DNA of 60,564 bases, counting the filler. It is 6 parts of 6 records of this genome, joined end to end, with 100 filler letters (N's around TTAATTAATTAA, not from the genome) between each part and the next. Parts side by side here need not be neighbours in the genome. Positions count along the whole stretch, not along the records: positions 1 to 9,856 come from SRR31156797_38878; positions 9,957 to 16,188 come from SRR31156797_38893; 4 more parts are not named here. One strand, given 5' to 3'. Position numbers and translations under genes: made by a program. Every line of letters starts with the position of its first letter. Positions within the stretch are counted from its first letter, which is position 1. Of this stretch, positions 1-10,049 are shown in pieces. A model generated the notes under the pieces. The model made no database searches, was not told where the DNA came from, and saw only the letters and a list, made by a program, of their open reading frames with translations.

Positions 1-528
1 CCAAAGGCCAAAGGCCTTTTTGCTTTTAAGTATGCAAATGCAAATGACTTGCGGGATTTATTCAGTTTTTGAAATAAAGACGCTTGGTCATGCCGCGTCT
101 TAGACAACGTTAATCTTCCAAAAATGCTCGCCCGCAATTGCATTTTCTAACGAAGCCTGTCTACTTCTCTGTGAATATTAATAGCTTAACACTGCTTTCA
201 TCACAAGAAAGAAATATTTATTATATTAGTTGAAATTAATATTTAAAGTATAATCATTCTCATTTTATCTACTTTAAGTTCCTAGCGCATTTTCCGGCCG
301 AACGGTGTCAACGATGACGGCTCCGGATGTGGCGGAGCGGATGCCGTTTCATTTTTGCTTCGGGGCGGATTTCAGTGCGAAAGGGCGGAACGGAGGGGGC
401 GGTTCCAAAGGCCGCGAACGGCGCGAAACGAGCCGAAATATTCAACCTTCAATGCCATGTTTTAAGTGATTTATGGCATGCAAGCCGGTATATGGTGGCA
501 AGCTTCATCAAGGGGAAAGACGATCCAC

Positions 529-1503
529 ATGAGGGTTCTGGTTACGGGTGCGGCAGGGTTTATCGGCTATCACACCTCGCAGGCGCTTCTGGCACGAGGC
601 GAGTCGGTCGTCGGAATCGACAATCTGAACGATTATTACGATGTCACCTTGAAGCAAACCCGGCTGCGGAAACTTGGCGAAAAGACCGGTTTTTCCTTCG
701 TGAAGGCCGACATCGCCGACCGCGCGGCGATGGAAGACCTGTTCGGTCAATACCGCGATATCACGGGGATCGTGCATCTGGCGGCACAGGCGGGGGTTCG
801 CTATTCGCTGATCAACCCTTATGCCTATACCCGAAGCAACGTCGAAGGCTTTCTGGTCCTTTTGGAGATGGCGCGACGTCTGGAAAAGCTCGATCATTTT
901 GTCTACGCCTCTTCCTCGTCGGTCTATGGGACAAATAAAAAACTGCCGTTTTCGACCGACGATAGGGTCGATTCCCCTATTTCCCTTTACGCGGCGACGA
1001 AGAAGGCGATGGAACTGATGGCGAATACTTACGCCCATCTATGGTCGATGCCGCTAACCGGGCTCCGGTTCTTTACCGTTTACGGGCCGTGGGGACGGCC
1101 CGACATGGCAGCCTTCATATTCGCCAAGAAAATTCTGGCCGGCGAGGCCATTCCGGTATTCAACAACGGCGAAATGCGGCGGGATTTCACCTATATCGAC
1201 GATATCGTCGACGGTGTCATCGCCTGCCTCGACCATCCGCCGGCGAAAACCGAAGCGCAGGCGAGGGTTTACAACATCGGCAACAACCGTTCGGAAAGCC
1301 TGATGGACTACATCGCCGAAATCGAAAAGGCGCTCGGCCGGAAAGCGGAAATCGACTTTCAGCCGATGCAGCCCGGCGATGTTCCGGAAACCGCCGCCGA
1401 CATAACAGCGACGACGCGGGATTTCGGGTTTGAGCCGAAAACGCCGATCACCGTCGGCGTGCCGCGATTTATTGAGTGGTACCGCGGTTTTTACGGGGAA
1501 TAG
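529..1503 (+). CDS. NAD-dependent epimerase, UDP-glucuronate 4-epimerase (WcaG/CapI-like)
   Basis: Rossmann motif VTGAAGFIG, HLAAQAGVRYS, catalytic YAATKK, FFTVYGPWGRPDM and QPGDV are typical of the family. Start reassigned to ATG 529 (MRVLV) behind AGGGGA. Confidence 0.92.
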   Translation: MRVLVTGAAGFIGYHTSQALLARGESVVGIDNLNDYYDVTLKQTRLRKLGEKTGFSFVKADIADRAAMEDLFGQYRDITGIVHLAAQAGVRYSLINPYAYTRSNVEGFLVLLEMARRLEKLDHFVYASSSSVYGTNKKLPFSTDDRVDSPISLYAATKKAMELMANTYAHLWSMPLTGLRFFTVYGPWGRPDMAAFIFAKKILAGEAIPVFNNGEMRRDFTYIDDIVDGVIACLDHPPAKTEAQARVYNIGNNRSESLMDYIAEIEKALGRKAEIDFQPMQPGDVPETAADITATTRDFGFEPKTPITVGVPRFIEWYRGFYGE

Positions 1504-1526
1504 CCGTCGTTGCACGACGGCCTTTT
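1503..1526 (+). terminator. Intergenic hairpin, weak terminator-like
   Basis: GCCGTCGT-TGC-ACGACGGC perfect 8-bp stem immediately after the stop codon, followed by CTTTT. Confidence 0.4.
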
Positions 1527-1535
1527 GGGGGGATC

Positions 1536-2462
1536 ATGAAGATACTCGTTCTCGGCGCCGGCGCGGTCGGCGGCTATTTCGGAGGGCGGTTGGCCGAAGC
1601 GGGCGGCGACGTGACCTTTTTGGTCCGTCCCCGTCGGGCCGAGGTTTTGGCTGACCGCGGCCTGATCGTGAAAAGCGCCTTCGGCGATATCTCGCAGCCC
1701 GCGAAGACCGTCACCGGCGAGAATGTCGGCGGCCCCTATGACGTCGTTCTTCTGACTTGCAAATCCTACGATCTGAATGCGGCGATGGATGCGGTAGAGC
1801 CGGCGATGGGTCCGGAAACGCGGCTGGTGCCGCTTCTGAACGGTCTCAGCCATATGGAGGCATTGGACCGGCACTTCGGATCCGGCCGGGTGCTGGGCGG
1901 CCTTTGCCACCTGGCCGCAACCCTGACCGAGGATGGCGATATCCACCACCTGAACCCGCTGCAGGCCCTGACTTTGGGGGAACGCTCGGGCCAGCCGTCG
2001 CAAATCGCCCAGGCGATGGCCGATTTGATGGCCGGTTCGCCGGCGAAAATCATTGTCAGCGACGACGTTACACAGAATATGTGGGAAAAATTCGTGATGC
2101 TGACGGCGCTGGCTTCGACAACCTGCCTGATGCGGGCCAGTGTCGGCGACATCATGGCGACGGACGCCGGCGAAGAGATCGCGACATCGATCCTTGATGA
2201 ATGCATCGCGATTGCCGAGGCTAGCGGCCATCGGCCGCGGGAAAAATCGGAAAGCCAGGCCCGCGGCCTGTTGACCGACGCCGGGTCGTCGATGACCGCA
2301 TCGATGTTGCGCGATATGGAGAACGGGGCCCCGACCGAGGCCGATCATATCGTCGGCGATATGCTGGCCCGGGCCAGGGCGGCGGGCATTCCGGCGCCGA
2401 ACCTGAATATCGCCTATTGCCATCTGCAGGCTTACGAAAACCGGCGGAACGCAGGCAAATAA
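1536..2462 (+). CDS. panE: 2-dehydropantoate 2-reductase (ApbA/PanE family)
   Basis: MKILVLGAGAVGGYFG, LTCKSYD, LLNG, WEKF, SMLRD and TEADH motifs. Start reassigned to ATG 1536. Confidence 0.88.
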   Translation: MKILVLGAGAVGGYFGGRLAEAGGDVTFLVRPRRAEVLADRGLIVKSAFGDISQPAKTVTGENVGGPYDVVLLTCKSYDLNAAMDAVEPAMGPETRLVPLLNGLSHMEALDRHFGSGRVLGGLCHLAATLTEDGDIHHLNPLQALTLGERSGQPSQIAQAMADLMAGSPAKIIVSDDVTQNMWEKFVMLTALASTTCLMRASVGDIMATDAGEEIATSILDECIAIAEASGHRPREKSESQARGLLTDAGSSMTASMLRDMENGAPTEADHIVGDMLARARAAGIPAPNLNIAYCHLQAYENRRNAGK

Positions 2463-2466
2463 ACGA

Positions 2467-4269
2467 CTAGGATTTTCTGTCGCCGTAAAGCGCTTCGAGC
2501 GCCGGGCCGTAGACTTCCTTGATTTTGTGCCGGCGGACCTTGAGCGTCGGGGTCATCTGGGCGTTTTCGATCGAGAAGGGCTCCCGGGCAACGATGAACC
2601 GGCGGACCCTTTCGATGTTCGACAGTTCGCGGTTCACCCTTTCGATCGTTTCCATCAAGGCCGCGTGGAATTCCGGGTTTTCAGCGAGGGCTGCCAGCTC
2701 CGGCTCGACCCCGGTGGCTGCCGCCCAGGCCCGCATCCAGTCCGCATCCGGCACCAAAAGCCCAACCAGGTGCGGCCGCCGGTCGCCGAAAACCATGGCC
2801 TGGGAAATCTCCGGCTCCAGGGTCAACATGCCCTCGACCCTTTGCGGCGAGATGTTGTCGCCGCCCGAATTGACGATGATGTCCTTTTTCCGATCGGTGA
2901 TCTGAAGATAGCCGTCTTCGTCCAGGTGTCCGACGTCGCCGGTGTGCAGCCAGCCGTCGATGACCGTCTTGGCGGTATGGTCGGGATCCCGCCAGTAACC
3001 TTTCATCACCAATTCGCCCTTGAGCAGGATTTCGCCGTCCTCGGCGATCTTGACCTTGGTGTTTTTGAAGGCGGGGCCGACGGTGTGCATCTTTACGCGA
3101 CCCGGCCGGTTGACGCCGAATACGGGGCCGGATTCGGTCAATCCATATCCTTGCAGAACGCGAATGCCGAGCGCCGTCAGGAACAGCCCGACATCCGGGT
3201 TCAACGGCCCGCCACCGGAAACGAACGCCTTCAGCCGTCCGCCGAACCGCTGCCGGACATTTTTGCGAACGAGAATGTCGAGCACGGCGTCCTGCAAGGC
3301 TTTGCAGGCAGGCAGGGTGCCGCCGCGCTCATAGCGCTCGCGTCCCAGTTCGAGCGTCTTCATGAACAGCTTTTCCTTGACGCCGCCGGCCTTTCGCACG
3401 CCGGAAAGGACTCTGCCCTGGATCAGTTCATACAGGCGCGGCACCGCCATCATGATGGTCGGATGGACCTCGGCCATGTTCTTGATCATCATCTCGGCCG
3501 ACTCGGCGTAATAGATCTGGGCGCCAAGGAAAATCGGAAAAAACTGACCGGCGGTGTGCTCGTAGGAGTGCGACAGCGGCAGAAACGACAGGAAGACGTC
3601 GTCATTGAGGCCGAGTTCGACCAGGACCTCGTGGGCGCCTTCGCAGTTATGAAGAAGGGCGCCATGGTGCAGCATGACGCCTTTCGGGGCGCCGCCGGTG
3701 CCCGACGTATAGATGATGCACGCCGTGTCGCCGCGTTTGATCCGCGACGATTCGGCGATCGGATCGTATTCGGCATCGCCGTTGTCCAGAACGTCGTCCC
3801 ATGCATGAAGATCGACGCTCAGATGCTGGCTTATTTCCGGCGGATCCATGGCGATGACGAACTGCATTTCCGGGGCCCGATGGGCCGCCGGGACCAATCG
3901 TTTGGCAAGCCGGCGCGACGAAACGATGGCGCCTTTGGCGCCGCTGTTTTCAAGAATGTGCAGATGGTCGGCTTCGGTGTTGGTGGCATAGGCCGGAACC
4001 GTGATTGCGCCGGCGGCCATGATCGCGACATCGGCGATCAGCCATTCCGGTCGGTTTTCGGATACCAGGGCGACCCGATCGCCGGGGGCGATGCCAAGCG
4101 CCCGCAGGCCGCGCGAAACCCGTTTGACCCGATCGGCCGCCTGGTTCCAGCTTATCGGCTGAAAGCGGTCGGACGTCTTGGCCCAGAGAAAAGGTTTGTC
4201 GCCAAGCCTCTCGGCCTGGGTAAAGAACATGGTTACCAGATTCGGCCAAACGGTCGCTTCCGTCGTCAT
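2467..4269 (-). CDS. Long-chain fatty acid-CoA ligase (AMP-binding)
   Basis: YTSGTGGAPKG AMP-binding loop, GYGLTE, WLHTGDVG, ITDRKKD and TPTLKVRR. Confidence 0.92.
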   Translation of the reverse strand: MTTEATVWPNLVTMFFTQAERLGDKPFLWAKTSDRFQPISWNQAADRVKRVSRGLRALGIAPGDRVALVSENRPEWLIADVAIMAAGAITVPAYATNTEADHLHILENSGAKGAIVSSRRLAKRLVPAAHRAPEMQFVIAMDPPEISQHLSVDLHAWDDVLDNGDAEYDPIAESSRIKRGDTACIIYTSGTGGAPKGVMLHHGALLHNCEGAHEVLVELGLNDDVFLSFLPLSHSYEHTAGQFFPIFLGAQIYYAESAEMMIKNMAEVHPTIMMAVPRLYELIQGRVLSGVRKAGGVKEKLFMKTLELGRERYERGGTLPACKALQDAVLDILVRKNVRQRFGGRLKAFVSGGGPLNPDVGLFLTALGIRVLQGYGLTESGPVFGVNRPGRVKMHTVGPAFKNTKVKIAEDGEILLKGELVMKGYWRDPDHTAKTVIDGWLHTGDVGHLDEDGYLQITDRKKDIIVNSGGDNISPQRVEGMLTLEPEISQAMVFGDRRPHLVGLLVPDADWMRAWAAATGVEPELAALAENPEFHAALMETIERVNRELSNIERVRRFIVAREPFSIENAQMTPTLKVRRHKIKEVYGPALEALYGDRKS

Positions 4270-4371
4270 GAATTCCCCGTCGTTTTGTGCCCCCTGCGGG
4301 AACGGACCATAGCATCACGGTTGCCGCGTCCCCAAGCCCACATTATATGGGTCGGAGCCAAGGAGGATTGA

Positions 4372-6174
4372 ATGTCAAAAGAGGCGACGGCGGTGACGCA
4401 CGATGAATTGGACCAACAGAACCTTCCCACGTGGGATCTGACGCACCTGTATTCGGGACCGGATGCACCGGAACTGGAGGAGGACCTGGTCCAGGTTCAG
4501 GAGCGATCGATCGCGTTTCGCAAGTCATACGAGGGCAAGCTGGCCTCGATCGACGGTGCGGCGCTGGGTGCCGCCATTTCCGAATATGAAGATATCGTCG
4601 AAATAATGCACCGAACGATGAGCTTCGCGCAGCTTCTGTATGCGTCCAACGTCGAGAACCCGGAACACGGGCGCTTTTACCAGACCCTGTCCGAGCGGGT
4701 GACGGTGATTTCGACCGAAACGCTGTTTTTCGCGCTGGAACTGAATCGCATCGATGACGGCGTGTTGTCGGTGCAACTGAAAGCCGACGCGTGCGCCAAA
4801 TATGCGCCCTGGGTGCGCGATGTCAGGGTGTTCAAGCCGCATCAGCTGTCGGACGAGGCCGAAAAGATCCTTCACGAAAAAAGCGTCACCGGAAGATCGG
4901 CCTGGACCCGCCTGTTCGACGAAACGATGGCGGCCCTCAGGTTTTCCGTCGACGACGAGGAAATGTCGCTTTCCGGCGTGCTCAACCTGCTTTCCGACAA
5001 GGACGGCGACAAGCGCCGCAAGGCGGCCGGCGCAATCGGCGAGGTTCTGAATTCGAACCTGCGGCTTTTAACCCTGATCACCAATACCCTGGCCAAGGAC
5101 AAGGAGATCGAGGACCAGTGGCGCAGCTTCCCGCGGCCGGTGTCGGCGCGCAACCTGACCAATTTCGTCGAGGACGAAGTGGTCGAAGCCCTGGTTTCGT
5201 CGGTGCGCGAAGCCTTTCCGAGCCTGAGCCACCGATATTACGGGCTCAAGGCCAAATGGTTCGGCGGCGAAACCCTGGATTACTGGGACCGCAATGCGCC
5301 GCTGCCGGACGATTCCGACCGCCGCTATTCCTGGGACGAAGCCCGGGAAATCGTGCTGGGCGCCTATTCGGCATTCGATCCGCGGATGGCGGCAACCGCC
5401 GGGCGCTTCTTCGACGAACGCTGGATCGACGTGCCGCCCCGTCCGGGCAAGGATTCGGGCGCCTTTTCCCATTCCACCGTGCCGTCGGTGCATCCCTATA
5501 TCCTGCTGAACTATCACGGCAAGGCGCGGGACGTCATGACCCTGGCCCACGAACTTGGCCACGGCATCCATCAGGTGCTGGCCGCCGATCAGGGGACCTT
5601 GATGTCGGATACGCCGTTGACCCTGGCCGAGACGGCATCGGTGTTCGGCGAAATGCTGACCTTCCGGGCCCTGCTTGACGGCGAAGCCGATCCGGTCCGC
5701 CGACGCATCCTGATTGCCGGCAAGGTCGAGGACATGCTGAACACGGTGGTCCGGCAGATCGCCTTCCATGAATTCGAACGCCGGGTCCATGACGAAAGAC
5801 GGTCGGGCGAACTGCCGACCGAAAAAATGTGCGATATCTGGATGGAGGTTCAAACCGAAAGCCTCGGTTCGGCATTGAGGTTCGACGACAATTACCGCGG
5901 CTATTGGGCCTATATCCCGCATTTCATCCATTCGCCGTTCTACGTCTACGCCTATGCCTTCGGCGATTGCCTGGTGAATTCCCTTTACGGCGTCTTCCAG
6001 GACGGCCATCCGGGATTCCAGGAAAAGTACCTGGACATGTTGAAGGCGGGCGGAACCCTGCGCCACCGCGAGCTGCTGGCGCCGTTCGGTCTGGATGCCT
6101 CGGACCCGTCGTTCTGGAAGCGCGGCCTGTCGATGGTGTCCGGCTTCATCGACGAACTGGAGGCCGAGGCGTGA
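4372..6174 (+). CDS. M3 family oligoendopeptidase (PepF-like)
   Basis: HELGH zinc motif, LAETAS, GKDSGAF and HFIHSPFYVYAY. RBS AAGGAGG upstream. Confidence 0.92.
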   Translation: MSKEATAVTHDELDQQNLPTWDLTHLYSGPDAPELEEDLVQVQERSIAFRKSYEGKLASIDGAALGAAISEYEDIVEIMHRTMSFAQLLYASNVENPEHGRFYQTLSERVTVISTETLFFALELNRIDDGVLSVQLKADACAKYAPWVRDVRVFKPHQLSDEAEKILHEKSVTGRSAWTRLFDETMAALRFSVDDEEMSLSGVLNLLSDKDGDKRRKAAGAIGEVLNSNLRLLTLITNTLAKDKEIEDQWRSFPRPVSARNLTNFVEDEVVEALVSSVREAFPSLSHRYYGLKAKWFGGETLDYWDRNAPLPDDSDRRYSWDEAREIVLGAYSAFDPRMAATAGRFFDERWIDVPPRPGKDSGAFSHSTVPSVHPYILLNYHGKARDVMTLAHELGHGIHQVLAADQGTLMSDTPLTLAETASVFGEMLTFRALLDGEADPVRRRILIAGKVEDMLNTVVRQIAFHEFERRVHDERRSGELPTEKMCDIWMEVQTESLGSALRFDDNYRGYWAYIPHFIHSPFYVYAYAFGDCLVNSLYGVFQDGHPGFQEKYLDMLKAGGTLRHRELLAPFGLDASDPSFWKRGLSMVSGFIDELEAEA

Positions 6175-6213
6175 TCGGGATTCGATCGGCAAGACAGCGG
6201 CCGGGATCGACCG

Positions 6214-7572
6214 ATGGCCGATGAAGGACGTCAGGACGACGGCAATTCATTGCCCGGCCGGGTCGCGCGCTATGCCCGGGTCGGTGCCTCGGTCGGCGGA
6301 CTGGCCGCGAAATACGCGGGCGATCGCTTTCTCGGCATTTCGTCGAATTCGAACGACTATCCGGTCGAACTCCGCCAGGCCCTGGGCGGACTGAAGGGGC
6401 CGGTCATGAAAGCGGCGCAGATTCTGGCAACGATTCCGGATCTGCTTCCGCCCGATTATGTCAGCGAATTGGCCCAGCTTCAGACCAACGCGCCATCCAT
6501 GGGTTGGGCCTTCGTCAAACGCCGGATGGGGGCCGAACTGGGTGCCGACTGGCGAAGCCGGTTCGACGCATTCGAACATGAAGCGGCGGCGGCGGCTTCC
6601 CTGGGACAGGTTCACCGGGCGACCGGTCACGACGGCAAACGATTGGCCTGCAAGCTGCAATACCCGGATATGGCCTCGGCGGTGGAGGCCGACCTGCAAC
6701 AACTGAAGCTCGCCCTTTCCATATTCCGCCGCTACGACGGCGTCATCGACGCCAGCGAGATCCATGCCGAACTGTCGGCCCGTCTTCGCGAGGAACTGGA
6801 CTACCGCCGGGAAGCGGCGAACATGGCGTTGTTCGAGCGGATGCTCAAAGGGATCGAGACCGTCCGTGTTCCGAAGGCCGATCCGTCCCTTTCGACCGAT
6901 CGCCTGCTGACCATGGAATGGCTGGACGGCGAGAAGCTGATGGACGTCAAGGACGCGCCGCTGGAAGATCGCAACCGGGTCGCCGAAGCCATGTTCCGAA
7001 CCTGGTACGTGCCGTTCTATCGCTACGGGGTGCTGCATGGGGACCCGCATCTGGGGAATTACACGGTGCGGTCCGATTTTTCGGTCAACCTCCTCGATTT
7101 CGGCTGCATTCGGGTTTTCCCGCCCAGTTTCGTCGGCGCCGTCATCATGCTGTACCGGGCGCTTCGCGACGGCGACGAGGACATGGCCGTACATGCCTAT
7201 GAAACCTGGGGGTTCGAGAACCTGGACCGCAAGGTGATCGGGATCCTCAATCAGTGGGCCGAATTCCTGTACGAACCGCTGATGGACGACCGGGTGCGGC
7301 GCATTCAGGAGCACGGGTCGCCGACCTACGGTGCCAATGTCGCCGCCAAGGTGCATCGCGAACTGCGCGAAGCCGGCGGCGTCAAGCCGCCACGGGAATT
7401 CGTTCTGATGGACCGGGCGGCGATCGGCCTGGGTTCGGTGTTCCTGCACCTTAAGGCGGAGCTGAACTGGCACCATCTGTTTCATGAACTGACCGACGAT
7501 TTCGATGACGACGTGGTCTTGGGCCGGCAAAGAAAGGCATTGAACAAGTCCGGCGTTCCCGAACCCGCATGA
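6214..7572 (+). CDS. AarF/ABC1/UbiB-family atypical kinase
   Basis: MKAAQ (KxxQ), AAASLGQVH, KLQYP, EELDY, HGDPHLGN and DFG motifs. Confidence 0.9.
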   Translation: MADEGRQDDGNSLPGRVARYARVGASVGGLAAKYAGDRFLGISSNSNDYPVELRQALGGLKGPVMKAAQILATIPDLLPPDYVSELAQLQTNAPSMGWAFVKRRMGAELGADWRSRFDAFEHEAAAAASLGQVHRATGHDGKRLACKLQYPDMASAVEADLQQLKLALSIFRRYDGVIDASEIHAELSARLREELDYRREAANMALFERMLKGIETVRVPKADPSLSTDRLLTMEWLDGEKLMDVKDAPLEDRNRVAEAMFRTWYVPFYRYGVLHGDPHLGNYTVRSDFSVNLLDFGCIRVFPPSFVGAVIMLYRALRDGDEDMAVHAYETWGFENLDRKVIGILNQWAEFLYEPLMDDRVRRIQEHGSPTYGANVAAKVHRELREAGGVKPPREFVLMDRAAIGLGSVFLHLKAELNWHHLFHELTDDFDDDVVLGRQRKALNKSGVPEPA

Positions 7573-8068
7573 GGTCGAATTTGCGACAGCCGGAAGCCCG
7601 ACCGTTCAGGCACAATGCGATTCCGGATTCGCGGATGACGCCCGTTCAGGCTTTGCCGGAGGCGAATTCGGGGCCGATCCGGGGTGGAGATCGAAGGTCA
7701 GTTGCGAACCACATGCAACTTGTGTGGTTTTTCGCATCATGGAATCGTCATCCAACTAACGGAAACGCTTGCCTCGCAAGGGGTTAGCCCGAAACGGCGG
7801 CATCGACCGTCCCGGAGACCACTTCAAAGGCAATTGCGTTTACCGTGGCACCGCCGGTAAAAGCCCAATCACCGTTCGAGGGCGGAAGCAGGCCCAGCCC
7901 GGACACCGCACGCAAATCGCGTGGCGCCCGTTGGCTGGTTTTTGTTTTTCTAACCGGAACGGGGGGCGACTTCCCCACGGCCAGCCGCCCAGAAAATGAA
8001 TACGCAACGATACGAAACGTGGCACGGACCGGAAGCGTCAGGCCGCCAAGTGAGGACACGTCTAAATC

Positions 8069-9856
8069 ATGTACACGATTCTTCGCCGCGAGGAGTTTTC
8101 CGACACCACATTCCTTTGGGAAGTGGAAAGCCCCGACGTCGCCCGGTCGGCACAGCCCGGTCATTTCGTCATGCTGCGCCTGAACGAAGAAGGCGAGCGC
8201 ATCCCTCTGACGGTTGCCGATTTCGACCGCGATGCGGGCACCATCACCATGGTGATCCAGGCCCTGGGCAAGACAACCCGGGAAATGCGCGATCATTTCC
8301 AGCAGGGCGACAGCTTCATCGATTTCGTCGGCCCGCTGGGCCTGCCGCAGCACGTCGAAAAGGTCGGTCATGTCGTCCTTGTCGGCGGCGGCCTCGGTGT
8401 GGCGCCGGTTTATCCGCAGCTCCGAGCCTTCAAGGAGATGGGCAACCGCACCACCGGCATCATCGGGTTCCGCAACAAGGACCTGTGCTTCTGGGAGGAC
8501 AAGTTCGCCGAATACTCGGACGAGCTCATTGTCTGTACCGACGACGGTTCCTACGGCCGCCCCGGTTTCGTCACCGAGGCCCTGAAGGACGTCCTGGAGA
8601 ACGACAAGCCCGACCTCGTCGTCGCCATCGGTCCGCTGCCCATGATGCAGGCCTGCACCGAGACCACCCGGCCCTTCGAGGTCAAGACCATGGTCTCGCT
8701 GAACGCCATCATGGTCGACGGCACCGGCATGTGCGGCTCCTGCCGTGTTACCGTCGACGACCAGGTCAAGTTCGCCTGCGTCGACGGTCCCGACTTCGAC
8801 GCCCACAAGGTCGATTTCAAGGAACTGATCGCCCGCCAGCGGCGTTTCAAGACCCAGGAGGAACGGGCTTCCGAGTTCTTCAATCACACCTGCAATTTGG
8901 AAAAGCAGCTGTTCGAGGACGAGAAGCGCAACTACAAGAAGCTCAAGGACCTGACCCCGAAGCAGGTCGAGATGCCGGAGCGCGACGCCACCGAGCGCGC
9001 CCAGAACTTCCTTGAGGTCAACCTCGGCTATTCCATGGACAACGCCCTGGAAGAAGCCGAGCGCTGCATTCAGTGCAAGAAGCCCATGTGCGTCGCCGGC
9101 TGCCCGGTGTCGATCGATATTCCGCGCTTCATCCGGCACCTGCTGGTGCGCGACCTCGACGGCGCCCTGGCGACCCTGAACGAGGCCAACCTGTTTCCGT
9201 CCATCTGCGGCCGCGTCTGTCCTCAGGAAATGCAATGCGAGGCCCAGTGCATCCTGGCTCGCAAGATGGAACCGGTGGCCGTCGGCCGGCTCGAGCGCTT
9301 CGTCGGCGACAACGCCCCGACGCCGAAGGTCCGGCCGCCCAAGTTCAAGAAGACGCTCGGCCGTGTCGCCATTGTCGGGTCGGGCCCGGGCGGCCTGTCG
9401 GCCGCCGCCGACCTGGTCAAATACGGCTGCGAGGTCACGGTGTACGAGGCCCTGCACGTCGTCGGCGGCGTGCTGCGTTACGGCATTCCGTCGTTCCGCC
9501 TGCCGCGCGACATCATCTCCCGCGAGGTTCAGCGGCTGCGCGATCTCGGCGTCAAGTTCGAGATCAACAAGGTCATCGGCAAGACCTTCACCATCGAGCA
9601 GCTCCTGGACGAGCACGGCTTCGACGCCGCCTTCGTGGCGGCCGGCGCCGGGGCTCCGTCGTTCCTGGGAATTCCGGGCGAGTTTGCCGGCCAGGTCTAC
9701 TCGGCCAACGAATACCTGACCCGCGTCAACCTGATGGGCGGCGACAAGTTCCCCTATCTCGATACGCCGATCAGCCAAGGCAAGAGCGTCGTTGTCATCG
9801 GCGCCGGCAACACGGCCATGGACTGCCTGCGCGTTTCCAAGCGGCTTGGCGTCCCG
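8069..9856 (+). CDS. Fused NfnA-NfnB (SudB-SudA / GltD-like) ferredoxin:NADP+ oxidoreductase, 3'-truncated by the gap
   Basis: N-terminal FNR-like half with GERIPLT and [2Fe-2S] ligands DGTGMCGSCRV...CVDGP. It continues without a stop into a GltD-like half: CIQCKKPMCVAGCP, CGRVCPQEMQC, GSGPGGL, GAGNTAMDC. Confidence 0.88.
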
Positions 9857-9956
9857 NNNNNNNNNNNNNNNNNNNNNNNNNNNNNNNNNNNNNNNNNNNN
9901 TTAATTAATTAANNNNNNNNNNNNNNNNNNNNNNNNNNNNNNNNNNNNNNNNNNNN
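9857..9956. other. Artificial contig spacer
   Basis: N44-TTAATTAATTAA-N44, with stop codons in all six frames. Confidence 0.99.
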
Positions 9957-9994
9957 CTTTTGAGAACCACTATAACAGTAGCTTGGGCGATGAA

Positions 9995-10025
9995 TAATAA
10001 AAAAGGGGGCGAAATTCGCCCCCTT
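9995..10025 (-). terminator. Rho-independent terminator of the ABC operon
   Basis: Minus strand AAGGGGGCGAA-T-TTCGCCCCCTTTTTT, just downstream of the binding-protein stop. Confidence 0.8.
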
Positions 10026-10049
10026 CTTCTAGACGTTTGATTTTCTAAT

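Noticed and set aside
1-46. Short tandem repeats CCAAAGG x2 and ATGCAA x2
   Set aside because: Two copies only, compatible with chance.
2527-4371. 614-aa plus-strand ORF
   Set aside because: Antisense shadow of the acyl-CoA ligase. No motifs, and expected from high-GC codon bias.
7784-9778. 664-aa minus-strand ORF
   Set aside because: Antisense shadow of the NfnAB-like gene with no recognisable domain.
9901-9912. TTAATTAATTAA recurring five times, as a possible repeat array or CRISPR
   Set aside because: Always embedded in N runs of fixed length. It is an assembly linker.
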